DNA of 57,505 bases, taken from NCBI GenBank assembly GCA_002104905.1, contig MCFE01000564.1:1-57505 (forward strand). The letters are read 5' to 3'. Both the position numbers and the translations under genes were made by a program. Below the pieces are notes generated by a model that was given only the letters and a program-made list of their open reading frames with translations, did not search any database and was not told the origin of the DNA. The stretch's first letter is position 1. Every line of letters begins with the position of its first letter. Below are positions 35,724 to 48,710 of the stretch, piece by piece. Source of the DNA: Basidiobolus meristosporus CBS 931.73 (taxonomy: Eukaryota > Fungi > Basidiobolomycota).

Positions 35724-37915
35724 AGACTTGAACAGAATTCAATAGGTCAAGCTACACTGTCAGGTTGTCTAGAATGTTTGAATCAATTAACTCTAGTGAC
35801 CGACTAATTGATCTATAGGAATTACAAAAGCGAGGAATCTAAGAAAAGATCGTAATTATTTAAGGCAGCGACAGGGACACGAGCGGCCAAGGTGCTTGCT
35901 AACAGTTGAGAAGGGCTGATCAAAAAGCAATCAAATATTATCCAAGTGGCAAGTGAATCAAAGCAAGATAAGCATGAAGGGGGGTTGATACAATATGCAC
36001 CAAACAAATAGATATTAGTTTGATAAGGGAGCAATATAACAGATAGAGTCGAGGGCATGGCCAATCGAATTGCGCCTCATCCGAATCAAAAACAATATCC
36101 AGTGGTGAATGGAATTCTTTGTTCATTGTTTATTGAATTCATGTTATTTTTATCTCGTGGATTTCAGCCATGGTGGCATTGAACATGAGGTGGATGTAGA
36201 AATTAACAAATTCGGTGCGCCAAGTGGGGTTCAAGTCATGATTGTGGAGTAAAGGAACAGCGTAAATTCACGGCGTAGGTACTATCGTACCCAGCCTGGC
36301 TTAGCATCGCGCATCAAAGCCCTGGCTGGCAGTAATTTCTTCGCCGAGGGCTATTGGCAAACATGGTCATGTTGTATATATTAATTACAAACAATGGAGT
36401 GTTGTATTACATTGAGTCTGAGACTGCCATCTCAGAACCTCCGAAAGCGACCACAGGATGGCAACCACCTGACAGAACGCCATAGGCAACCAATTCAAGT
36501 AATTGAAATTTCCCGGAAGATCGTAGTACTCCACGACGATGCATGAGGAGCGGCATCTCTTATGCAGATGGGATCCAGGGGATGGGCCAATACTGGTGAA
36601 TACAGAGCGGGGATCAAGGGATCTCTATGCGTTATTTGTTAATTTCTAGAGATAACGTTGCAGGATCCACGGGAATAGCATGGCTAGCACGTTTGCCCAG
36701 AGTGCTGCAAGGCTTTTGACGTCCCGCAGCCATGCATAGGCACCATTGAAGCGGGACGAGGCGATAAAGGTATCGAATTCATAGCCAGCAGCTCATAAAG
36801 GGTATTCCGAGTCTAGCATTATTTCACATCTCAATGATTATCTGATTCCTAAGTAGTCTTGGACCAATAGCAGCACTATCGTCTGTGTTGTGGAGGTGCA
36901 CTCTTCAGCGCGTCCAAGACAAGCCTCCAGTAGGATTTGGATCAGGGTTGGTGCCAATTTATCTGGTGCACCTTATGGGACCTTGCCCTCAATCCGAACT
37001 TTGTACTGGGACCAGGACCCATCGATTCAGGCGGATACTGGTGAGGACACAAGGCATTCGACATCGAAAGCCAGTGAAAGAGTTTGCAGACTAGTCTGTC
37101 GTGTGTGGTGTGCCTTTATTTCTAGATCGGGAAGTGCTCTCAAAACCCTGGCTGAAGCACCAAGTATTAGGGTTGGAATTGGGATTGCAGAGATTCATTG
37201 CCAGGATGTAGAGCGTTGTACTCGAAATCTGGATGTATTTAACATTTGTACCAATTACCATGTCACACTCGTAGGACAAGGCGGAATTTGCCCTCAATGC
37301 TTGAAATGCAGTTAATATGTCCCTCAGCTCAAATCAATCATGGTGATTTGAGGGATCTAAATCACTGAGCCTTGAGGCCATTATGCGACCGTGATGAACA
37401 TGCATCGCAACGATTGCCCATATAATATTGGAATTCCACACGCTTATTACAGGCTAGAAAGAAGGTGTCTATTGTGTAAAATGCTTAATAGCGGCGAAAC
37501 CTACTGATTGGCAGAGATTCGTTGATGTCGCATATATGTGTCCCACTTGAGTGACCTGACTACTTCGCATCAAATGGGCCACGCAAACGGCACCATACCT
37601 CGTCATGCCCCTGGCAGTTTCCTCCCCCTCACCCATAATCGTCCCTTGGTATTTGTCTCTGGTACATCCTATGCGGCTTTAACCTCCCTACTCTTTCCTC
37701 GTTTACCCCTTTTTCTCTTGTTTTATTGATACGCGCTCCCCTTATTCTGGCCTTTATCATAACTCCTCTCAGCTGATTTGCAGGTGATCCGCAATTCCTA
37801 AAAGCTATTCCTAATCCTTATTCTCGAGCAACTTCCCACATTTCTACGCTTCCTGAGCTTTCCACAATCGTCTAGGCGGTTTCGTTTGAGATATATACTT
37901 ATATAGTCCCACGAA

Positions 37916-38778
<863 letters not shown>

Positions 38779-40623
38779 CCTGGCTATATCCTAACATGGT
38801 TACTGGCTTTTGCGACACGATCTCTCATCTTACATGATATAACCTCCATCCTTTTTAACATTTCTGCTATTTGTTTTCTTAAAGTACATTTCTAATTCAC
38901 CCACTTCTCTACCAGGATAATGCAAGCTCTAAATACAAGTTCTTCGTAAATTTTTTGATCCAGTATGCGTGATTCTCTGTAATTGTGTTGGCACTCGCAG
39001 AACAGCAATGGCCAAAGAGTATTAACAGTATAAACATCAATATATGGCACAAGTTTGTTTCTGTAGGAGTAGCACTCTTTCATGTAACGTCATGTATGGT
39101 TGAATTTACTACGTGCTCTTCATCACGGATGATCCCCAAATTCTCGCCGCAACCACTTCGGATGTTGGAGGTGAAGGTGATGAAATATAGAATAAGGTCC
39201 GAATGCACACGAAGACAACTTGACCAGATACGCTCCCTGGCTGCTCGTAAATCGCCATCCAATAATGCCCGGCATCTTTGTTTCTTCTCGCCAGCAGCTG
39301 AATCTGAAGGCTAATGTCACTTCATGTACCACCTCTATCTTTCAATCACATCCACCAGAGTGCGAACAGTGCTTCAACTACGCTTGGGTCTGTTTTGGCA
39401 TGTTAACATGGTTTCTAGGACACGCATGGTAGGGGGGAAAAGAATATTCCGCATTGGCAGCAGCAAGACAGCTCACCCCAGGTGGCTCACTGCAGAACGC
39501 AAGTGAGCTAGGTAATAGGACATGCCAGCAATTTATATTTCCCCAATCCATACCCTTATTCCTTGAAGTGCATAATGCTGTTACGGAGCTATTCTGGAGA
39601 AGTTTCACCTCAACCTCAGTGGTCGTCATCATTCCTCTAGTCTTGGTCGAAGCCAATTACATCCTCCTGCTGTCGAGAGCTCCTGAGATTTCTGAGCCAG
39701 CAAACATGATTGTGCATCTAAATCCATGAGTTCACTAATTTTGCCTAATCTTCTCGACTGATACTGTTCCCCATCGCCGGTGGGGCCCTTAATACGAATA
39801 AGGTATCGAGTGCAGCACCTCCCAAGTCAGACGTCGAGAGTCGCTTGGGGCAGCTTATCTTTCTTCTTTACAGTCGATTTGGAAATAACCCAGTTCATCA
39901 ATGCAGTCCGACTAAGCTGGACAGAGTGCATGCATAGATGCCCTCGTACATTTGTACAAAATACGCAACATCCAGCATCTAAGGCCCGTTTTACGATTAC
40001 CCTCACGCATAGGATTTATATCACATTGCATATGTGAACTTTAAACACTGTCTCACTGATTGTGGGATTGGGCCATCTGTCTTGAAAAGATGATGATATT
40101 TCGGCGCCATAATAGAATCGATGACCCAGTTGGCTTAGAAACATCGGTTTAGAATCAGCAATGCAGATGTCTTGCTCTCCGGTCCAATTTTATTTCCAGT
40201 CTCACCTATTCAACAATTTACAAGTAGCATAGGTCGAAATGAGCCAATGGCTACGGACACCCATTTCCTGGACCAATCGTTCTTCCTCTCATTCATAAAG
40301 AATGCCCATTTCTGGTTAGAACTGCAAGCGCCAGAACGATTTCTGATCTTGATTTTAATTTATATTGAGCCTGGATATGGTGGCCACAGGAGAGGGAATT
40401 TGGTTTTCCCTGTCCTAAGCCCAGCCTATTTAGTTTGAGCTGGTTGCTTTTTTTCTCTCGCCTCTCACTCTCTAATATCTGCCATACGAATCGAATTCAC
40501 CAGCTCGAAACAGAAAGAAAGTGGCAAAGAACAACCGGTCGAGCATACACCAATATAGCCCAACCTTAAACCATTTTGCACATCCCCCCGGGGAGATTCC
40601 CAGTCGAAAGTAAACTTGAGAAC

Positions 40624-41921
40624 ATGAACACACTCTCCAACATACATAGCGTATCTTCGGATAAGGAGAACATTCTCCTGGACACAAAGCTTTTAAATCG
40701 CCTATCCCAAGACTCTACGCTGAGCTCGCCTTCTGCTGAATATCATTTCAACCTTGGGACCCTTCCAGAGGCCGATTTAGAACTTGAGTCACTTAGCACT
40801 TTGGGTCCTATTAACTTAGAATCTAGTCCCTTGAATAGCTCGGAGGTTTCGTCAATCTCTCTCGAACTCGATCTGGAACAGATCAGTTTTCCTTCACCCG
40901 TTCTACTTAAAGGCCCTTTTCTTCCCACCCCGTCGTCCACATACTCAAAAACAATCACTCAGGTGGATGCCACTTATTGGGAGGACCTGGCTAGCAATTT
41001 CGAGCAGAGGTACAAGGAAACGCCTGAGCTAGTTCGGGCTTCATTGTATCAGGGAATCCCACCGACTTTTCGTGGCCGACTCTGGAAGATTATGAGTAAA
41101 GGGGACCATACATTCTTGGAAACCCTGTACTCGCAGTTAGTGGATGAACCCTCGCCACACGATTGGAATATATCTCTTGACATACCGCGCACCTTTCCAC
41201 GATTAGAGATGTTTCAAGATAAAGATGGCCCAGGACAAACCGGGATGCGAAACGTGCTAAGGGTGTATTCAACATATGATGCGGAAGTGGGCTATTGCCA
41301 GGGTTTTGGCCATATTGTGGGCATTTTATTGATGCAGTTGGAGGAATGCGAGGCATTTTGTGTGTTTGTAAGGTAAGTGATAGAAGCGCCGACTTCCCCT
41401 TGCTTATGATACCAATGGAAGCATTTTGATGATTTAGAATGATGGAGAGCTACGAATTACGAACCACTTATTTGCACAACATGATTGGTCTTGAATTACG
41501 GATATACCAGCTAAGATCTTTGATGTCAACGATCCTTCCAAACCTCCTAAGCCATTTGGATGCGTTCAACATCAAGACGGGGATGTACTCTACCCAATGG
41601 TTCCTGACCATCTTTGGAAGCTGCTTTCCTCTACAGCTGGTGCAAAGAATCTACGACGTGATGTTTATCGATGGGGTTGACGTGACGCTCTTGAGAGTCG
41701 CTTTGGCGTTGTTGAAGCGAAACGAGGCAAGAATCCTTCAGCTGAATCAATTCGAGGACATCATCACGGTGCTAAGCACCAGGCTGTGCGAGCCTTATGG
41801 CGAAACCGTTGGAGAAGTGTTGGTGGAAGCCAAGAAACTTGAGGATTCAGTGAATAGGTCAAGTTTAAACATGTATACTAGAAGACACCACCTTTTGCGT
41901 AAAATATTTGATCGTAGCTAA
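40624..41921 (+). CDS. TBC-domain Rab GTPase-activating protein (Gyp5/Evi5-like), 2 exons (40624-41372, 41438-41921)
   Basis: GIPPTFRGRLW, ISLDIPRTFP (Arg finger), VGYCQG (Gln finger), YSTQWFLTIF and RIYDVMF; 65-nt GTAAGT...TTTAG intron. Confidence 0.9.
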
Positions 41922-42415
41922 GTTCTGGTAATGGCTGCCGACGTTCCATGTAACCTGAAGATGTTGCCTCCCATGCTGGACAACGCCTCCCTGACTACAT
42001 TACTCCCACTTAAACACGGTGAACATTTCAATGTGTATCTAGACCTCATTCTCCATGCTATACCCATGTGACTTCTGGATTGTTGAGATGACTCCAGCAT
42101 CAGTCCCATTTTCATATTTAACCAAAACGAGTGGCTGATTAGCATAACCCCCATTTAATTAAATCACTTATTGCTTGACGACAAGCATGACGCCCAAATT
42201 GCTGCTTTAACCACTCGGATGCCAGCACCACATCAACAATTGGGTAGATTACAATCATTGCTTGTGACTCCCAAAAAATGCGACCATGGTTGGAATGGAG
42301 TTTCCAATCATTATCAATATGGCTCGTGACAAGGAATTTTTCATCATTTCATAAGTTACCTTGGCCCACCAACAAGTCTGAATTCAATAGATAGCACATT
42401 GACGAGTAGCCCAGC

Positions 42416-43484
42416 ATGTCCAAATTCTCCTGTAGACACTACCTCAACTGCACAAATCGCCTGAGATTTCGAAATGTGACAAGGCCGCTCTCCCTAACCT
42501 TCACTCATGGTAAGCACACGTTCGCTAGAGCTCTGGAGCGAAAGCGAGAATCAGAGGAAAATGGGATCAAACGTGGCACCATTTATACCCGTATTTTACC
42601 TACGACTCAGTTTTTGTTTAGTTAGGAGGCTGGACTTTTCCAATTCTTATGACGGAGCTCGGGGATACACGCTGCATCATTTTGATACCAACAAGTTCAT
42701 CTCTAGATTAGAGTCACAAGGTTTCAACCGAGAGCAAGCACACGCAGTCCTAGTGGCCGTTACCGACGTCTTGGACGATAGGTGGCCATTTCTCCTTTTA
42801 CTCTACATAGTGGAAGCTGTCGCTTACTTTACCCTCCATTATAGCATTCCAAATATGATTCAGAACATGGTCACCAAGGCTGAGCAAGAAAAGGTATAGT
42901 TCCCAAGTTAGCGTCTCTCTATCCGGACAATACATGTCCATTGATCATGCGACTGAACTCGGTTACCCTAACCAAACCACAGAATGTCCACACATTGAAA
43001 GTCGATTTTGCGCAGCTGAAGTCGGAGATGCAGATGTTGGAGAAAAACGACTTCGCCGTCATGAAAGCCAATAACGAGAGGCTGTTTGCCGAGGTGGAGA
43101 GGCTTGATCAGAAATTGAGGGATGAGATCTCTAGGACTCAAGCAAGTGTCCGATTGGATCTCAACCTGGAGAAAGGAAGGATACGTGATGAGGCCAGCGG
43201 ACACGAGCTCAAGATCACTGAGACGGATACGAAAATCGAGTCGGCCATAGCGAACCTGAGAACCCAGATGGAAACAATCAAATTCCAGATTCTCCAGTAC
43301 ATGATAGGTACGCAGCAACGCCCACAATTCCTCTCTCGAGTTCATCCATAACGCCAGATTTTTACAGGTACGATCACTGGTACAAGCGCGCTAGTCTTGG
43401 GTTAGTAGCATCTCCCCTTTGAGCCTCTATGCTTCCCTCACTGACGCAGGGACTTTGGTAGCCTACATGAGAATGTTTAGCTAG
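42416..43484 (+). CDS. FMP32: CCDC90/MCUR1/Fmp32-family (DUF1640) mitochondrial coiled-coil membrane protein, 6 exons
   Basis: HFDTNKFISRLESQGF, DFAQLKSEMQMLEKNDF, VRLDLNLEKGRIRDE, KFQILQYMIG-TITG...LAYMRMF*; Arg-rich presequence-like exon 1. Exons: 42416-42509, 42622-42781, 42845-42893, 42983-43307, 43368-43400, 43462 (or 43450)-43484. Exon 1 is less certain. Confidence 0.87.
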
Positions 43485-44003
43485 GTAACGCCGATCGATC
43501 TCGTGCTTGGCGCGAGAATTGGCAAGAGATCCAGGATACAAGGCCCACACCGATGGAGTCATGCACCACATTCGAGTAAACAGTCCCCCACCACCCGTTG
43601 ATCCATCAGAACACTTGCATCTCAATAAAGACCTCCCAGCCCCAACAAGGCAACCGCTACCCGAAGCGCGAACCAGGGCGTATATGTATATATCAAGGTT
43701 TATTCGTAATGAATGCGGGAAAGGGGGAATGACATTTCTTTTAAAGGAACCACATTTGAAATAGAAAAGAGAATTGAAAAAGATCCTAAGTCGCTAGGTT
43801 GTTCGCCCCATTTTTACCACGATGAAATAAAAATAAGGAAATCATGCCATTTTGAAGTACAAGGTGAGTGAGAAATGATTCGATGTGGGGGAAGAAATTG
43901 GAAAGACTAAGAAAAGCAAAATCCCTAGGGTATTCTAAAAAGTAGATGCTCAGTATTCTGGTTTACTCCCCGCTCGGCCATTCTCTCTCTCTACTCGATG
44001 GAT

Positions 44004-45110
44004 TTACTTGGGGGGGTTGTAGACGATCTTTCTGTTTTTGAGCACGCTCCACTTGAAGCGCTTGAGCCAGATGGAGATCACGAACAAGCCGGAAAGAATG
44101 GCGACGGCCTTGAGACCCAGCTTCTTACGCTCGTCATGCTCGGGTTCGGAAGCCCAAGCCAAGAAAGTGGTGACATCCTTGGCCATTTGAGAGGTGGTGG
44201 CGGGGGTGCCATCCTCGTATTCAACGAGGCCATCGAACAAGACACGGGCCATGGCAATGGCTCCGCCGGGGAAGTAAGGGTTGAAGTTCAAGCCTTCACG
44301 GATCTCAACACCAGCTGGGGGATCGACATATCCGGTAAGGAGGGCGAAGACATAATCGGCACCTCCGTGTCTACCCTTGACGATCAAACTTAAATCAGGG
44401 GGATAGGCACCAGCGTTACCAGCTCTTGCAGCTTCCTCGTTGGGGTAGGGACGGGGGAAGTAGTCGGAGAGCTTACCGGGTCTTTGGAACATCTCACCAG
44501 CATCGTTGGGGCCATCCTCAACCTCAATTTCTTCAGCCAAGGCTTTGGCTTCGTCTTCGGTGTGGGAAACATCGACAAGATTACGGAAGGCAATGCGGTC
44601 CAAGGAGTGGCAGGCGGAACAGACTTCCTTGTACACTTGGTAACCACGACGGATGGAGGCGTGGTCGAAAGTGCTCAAGGGACTGTTGTGGGACCAAGGG
44701 AAAGCAGGTGCGTGGAGACCTTCGGCAGAAGCGTCAGCCATGACAGTGCTGTTGAAGTAAGCATAGGTGGCGACACCGCCGACAGCAGCTGCCGCACCAG
44801 CAGTAGCGAGTCTGCTCATAGGATTCTAAACGTATGGCATTCAGTTAGCAAATCTAGAAAGAAATCAAGACTCCCGAGAAAAATACCAACCAAAGCATCA
44901 GCAGTAGCTTTGGTAGAGTTAAAACGAGCCTGTAGAGAAGCCAGGGTTAGTTTCATAAGCGAGTGCTCCGCAAGTGATGCTCCACGTTGCTCCAACCGCC
45001 GCCGCAATAGAGATATCTAGTACAGCAGCGAGAGAGGCGAGTGGGATATGTACCTGAACAGCGACGCGGGAAACGTTTCTAACAGCTCTCTTGGAAAAGT
45101 TGCTGAACAT
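44004..45110 (-). CDS. CYT1: Cytochrome c1, heme protein of complex III; 3 exons (45110-45054, 44929-44891, 44825-44004)
   Basis: Bipartite presequence, heme motif [29 protein letters not shown] (axial Met), C-terminal TM anchor; strongly C-ending codons typical of high expression. Confidence 0.98.
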
Positions 45111-45378
45111 AGTATAAAAACTGCTGAACAAAGGGAGAGGAAAGACCAGCAAGGTTAATTGGGCAGGGATAGGCTTGAGTAAAATCCTGACACGCGAGCT
45201 TACTGAGAAACGATCTCTTCTACAAAATATTGGGGTTTTTGGAACAAATGAAATGTGGGGCGATTGGGGAAAATTCAACCATACAATTTTGTAAGGAAGT
45301 GATATTCAAGGATCACAATCGAAGTGGCAAAAAAAATAGTTGGGGCTTGGGTTCGGACGGAAATCTCTTCGTTCTAGG

Positions 45379-45383
45379 CCAAT
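45379..45383. promoter_or_regulatory. Possible CCAAT box (HAP complex) upstream of CYT1
   Basis: GGCCAATCGG about 270 nt upstream of the CYT1 ATG. CCAAT control of respiratory genes is established in fungi, but a 5-mer is weak evidence. Confidence 0.3.
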
Positions 45384-45697
45384 CGGACATTGAGTAGCGC
45401 AGAAATATCTGGAGACCCGAATTTTTGTGAGGCAGCCATTGTGTAAACCTCTGTTGATTCTGAACCCAATATTTTGGATTCTTATCACCGATGCCACAAC
45501 TACCGTTTTCTCCCTCCAAATCATCGAGATGACAGGGCTTGATCTTCTGGTAAGACTTGGACGAGTGACATGTCAGTGCCTGATCTGACTTGTCTCATGC
45601 TAATTAACTGCGCACCACTATTTGAGACAAGGTTGATCGCATGGAGTTCCAATTACAACCTTGCAAATATCCACTCTGAAGTCACATAATCATGGCC

Positions 45698-46070
45698 ATA
45701 GTCCATGGTGATATAGCCCCAGCATTCTGATCTCCCTGGCAGGATCAACGCTGGTATCGTTGGGTGTAGAATGAATACCACTGGTACTCTCAGGAATCAG
45801 GGCCTTGCCTTTATTAACTGATATCGAGTATTCATGGGGATTTGCGATTTACATATAACGTAAGCCATATGGGATGATATCGACATTCCTCCTTTTTAAC
45901 GGAAATTTGCATGATTTAAGCGATGATGATTCCTGAATCGTTGCAGAGTCATGGATGAAAAATTGTCGATAAATATCGAAGAGGACCTGCCATTAGATTG
46001 TCGTCCATTTATGTGAATCCCCAGAATGCATTGGCCTCCTTTTGGGTGTTGCTGCATGGTTGCTATCCCA
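45698..46070 (+). pseudogene. Possible heavily decayed fungal-type (FunK1-like) protein kinase relic
   Basis: Ordered motif fragments across frameshifts and stops: IVHGDIA/SILI (catalytic-loop-like), LLTDIEYS (DLEY-like), LLFNGNLHDLSDD, SFWVLLHGC. Confidence 0.28.
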
Positions 46071-47684
46071 GTTATCTACCCCAATTTTCAAGGGAGGATC
46101 CCATTTTTTCCTTAGCATCCCGACGATCTCACAATCGTCGGTATCAATGTTGACAGCTGATCAGTGGTGTAGGTTGGCATGTTGGATTTTGACAGCCATT
46201 CGCAATCAAATGGCTATCTTGGCAACTGATGCACAATATTGATCCTTGACAAGATGGTCGACTCCAAATTCTCATCACAAACAATAAGCTGCAAGGCGCG
46301 CTAGTCAACATTCGACGTTCGTTAGGATTGCTTCCAAGATAAATTGCTAGGTATATGGTGGCTAGTCAAAGGCTAATCTGTGATAGCACATGGCGTATGG
46401 GGAGGTCGAGGAGAAGGGTAGGGTGTACGGACGAAATCCAGACCAAATATCTGAGTGCCCTTCACTGACAAGTTGAAATACTTGTGGCGAACGCACGTCG
46501 TTGAGGGTTTCCCGTTTTTATAGCAGTCTTCCATTATGGACGATTCTCAGCCTGGGCATGTCTCAGCATTAAGAAGTGATTATACAAGACTCTTCCAAAT
46601 TACGATTTCCGCTTCCGGGTGGATATCAAGCGGAATCAAGATCCTACGTGAAAGAGTGATCCGTCGCCATGGAACTTTAGTAAAATTAATATCGAGAAGA
46701 CTTGAAAATCGCGGAATTACCTAACTCAAATTCCACCAAGTTACAAATGGCACATTATGCATTTAATTAGGTTCATTCCTAACTATTTTTGTACCGCGTG
46801 AGCCTATATAGGTTCTCGTATGAACCCATCCTAACATGTCTCTTCATTGAGAGCTTGTCTTGTTAGAGTTAATATGGGACTTTGAAGTGCGTCATCAGTT
46901 TCAGTATATTTTCAAGTGCAAATAATCGAGCTTCGTAAAGCTCCCTGTTGGAAAATAGTATACAAATCCATAATACAATTAGGTAAGAAGCTTGGGGCTA
47001 ACAGTTAGCTTTAAAAATATGTAACGTTTTGACATTTCTGTGAATTAAGATAAGCGCATATAATGTTGATGCCAATTCTAAAGAGCCCCCTTCAAACTTG
47101 TGAGAACTCACTCACTGTTGAAATTTGTTCAGAGTCATGTATTGTTTGCATATTACTGAAGTGGCACACCTAATTTGCAAAGTATTGATATTTCTGGTAA
47201 GAGGTATTTTACAGATGTTCCAGAGATGATCATGGTGAAGGTGGCAGCAAAAGTGCATATATTCTTAATATATATATTTTATCAGTAACACATGATGTAT
47301 AACAACTTCGCAACCATCACAATGAAAATCATGTTGTATACCCTATAAAAAATCTTAAACTTTGAATTTATCAGATTTTCAGCAAGTATTCAGCCGGTAT
47401 TTTTCCTTCCAATTTCCAGTTGCAATTTTTGGTGGAAGTAGTGAGTAGCTGATTTCAAGACTTGGTATGAATGCTAGTTGCCTAGTCTCCTCTTGGAAAC
47501 TATGTCTGCTTATTTGCACAACTGCTAGCACCTGAGATACTGAGAGTTGCCAGATTTGAGAAACTTGGAACTCAACTGAAGTTACAATGGTATTGTGCCA
47601 ACCTTTTCTTGTTTTTTTCTTGAGATATTAGAGGAATACTAGCTTTGGTGAGTGTGCCAGTGGATGAGACTGATAAACAGAGGG

Positions 47685-47948
47685 TTTTGTAAGAGTTTTG
47701 AAGCTATTGGAAGTGATTGGGACAACAAGTAAATTATATGGCTTTCACTTAATGATTGATTGCACAAATAAGTAGTATTTATACTTTTATATGCAGTTGG
47801 CCAAATAAACACAGAGTATATGCTTAGAATGGCTGTCAAAGGATATGTGCAAAGATTGGGGCTGTCTAGACAACTTTGAGAATATTCATGTACTGAGTAC
47901 CTGATCTACTGGTGCAAATATTCCATGTAAGTCCCAACAAAGAATTTG
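47685..47948 (-). repeat. Diverged partial LTR relic related to the copia LTRs
   Basis: Aligns by eye with 52655-52920 (TTGTAAGAGTTTTGAAG-TATTGGAAGTGATTGGGA...TTTCACTTAATGATT...TGTGCAAAG-TTGGGGCTGT...CAACTTTGAGAAT...CCCAACAA). Confidence 0.85.
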
Positions 47949-48000
47949 CAGGCTATAGTTACAATATCTATGGTAATAGTGCTGTATATTCTGTGGTTAC

Positions 48001-48279
48001 TGCTGTATATTTTGTAATTACTCCTAAATACTCACCTGACCTAGTCACTAGGATCATTGCCTACAAATATCAGAGAATTCTGACCAAAATCCTTGTTGTA
48101 GCTTACCAAGAATATTTGTACCAAATTATTGGGTAACCAGAATATAATGCTTTGCAAAGTTGTCCAAATAGACCAAACACTTCATACATGCTTTTGGGAC
48201 CTTGCTAAACATATCCCACATGTTTGTTTTGCTGGCATTATGTAAGAGTATAAACTACTTTCACATTCATTGGGTCATT
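48001..48279 (+). repeat. Diverged partial LTR relic (older subfamily)
   Basis: Colinear with the LTR at 48348 (TTGTAATT..CCTAAATACTCAC..TAGTCAC...CTGACCAAA.TCCTTGT...CAAAGTTGTCCAAA...TTGGGACCTT...GTATAAA). Confidence 0.82.
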
Positions 48280-48347
48280 TGCTGTAAGATTCATAATTAA
48301 ACCTAAATGTTCACCAAATAAAATCATCAAGATCATGACCTATAAAC
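48280..48347 (+). repeat. 5' stub of a third LTR relic, ending at the start of copia A
   Basis: TGCTGTAAGATTCATAATTAAACCTAAATGTTCACC...GATCAT mirrors the first ~65 nt of the LTR. Confidence 0.55.
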
Positions 48348-48696
48348 TGTTGTAAAGATTTGTAATTCCACCTAAATACTCACTTAACATAGTCACTTAG
48401 ATCATTACCTTCAAATCCTAGAGAATACTGACCAAATTCCTTGTCAGGAGTTACTTAGAATATTTTCACCAAAATACCAGGTACCCAGAACATGAAAATT
48501 CTCAAAGTTGTCCAAACAGCCCCAAACTCTGCACAAATGCTCTTGGGACCTTCTTTAGCCTATTCTATGTGCTTGTAATGCCAAGTTCATGTAAAAGTAT
48601 AAATACCACATTTACAATCAGTAAATCATTAAGTGAAAACCACACAATATACTTGTCCTCCCAATCACTTCCAATATCTCCCATACTCTTACAACA
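48348..48696 (+). repeat. 5' LTR of copia A (349 bp, TG...CA, TATAAATA at 48598-48605)
   Basis: TGTTGT...ACAACA ends; about 33 differences from the 5' LTR of copy B by manual alignment. Confidence 0.95.
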
Positions 48697-48710
48697 GGTT
48701 ATGAGCCCTG
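48697..48710 (+). other. Primer-binding site GGTTATGAGCCCTG, complementary to the tRNA-iMet anticodon arm (half-tRNA priming)
   Basis: Directly follows the LTR; reverse complement CAGGGCTCATAACC contains the CAT anticodon loop of initiator tRNA-Met. Confidence 0.9.

Noticed and set aside
36890-37315. 141-aa Cys-containing plus-strand ORF
   Set aside because: GTG start, no signal peptide or regular Cys/His spacing; no independent support.
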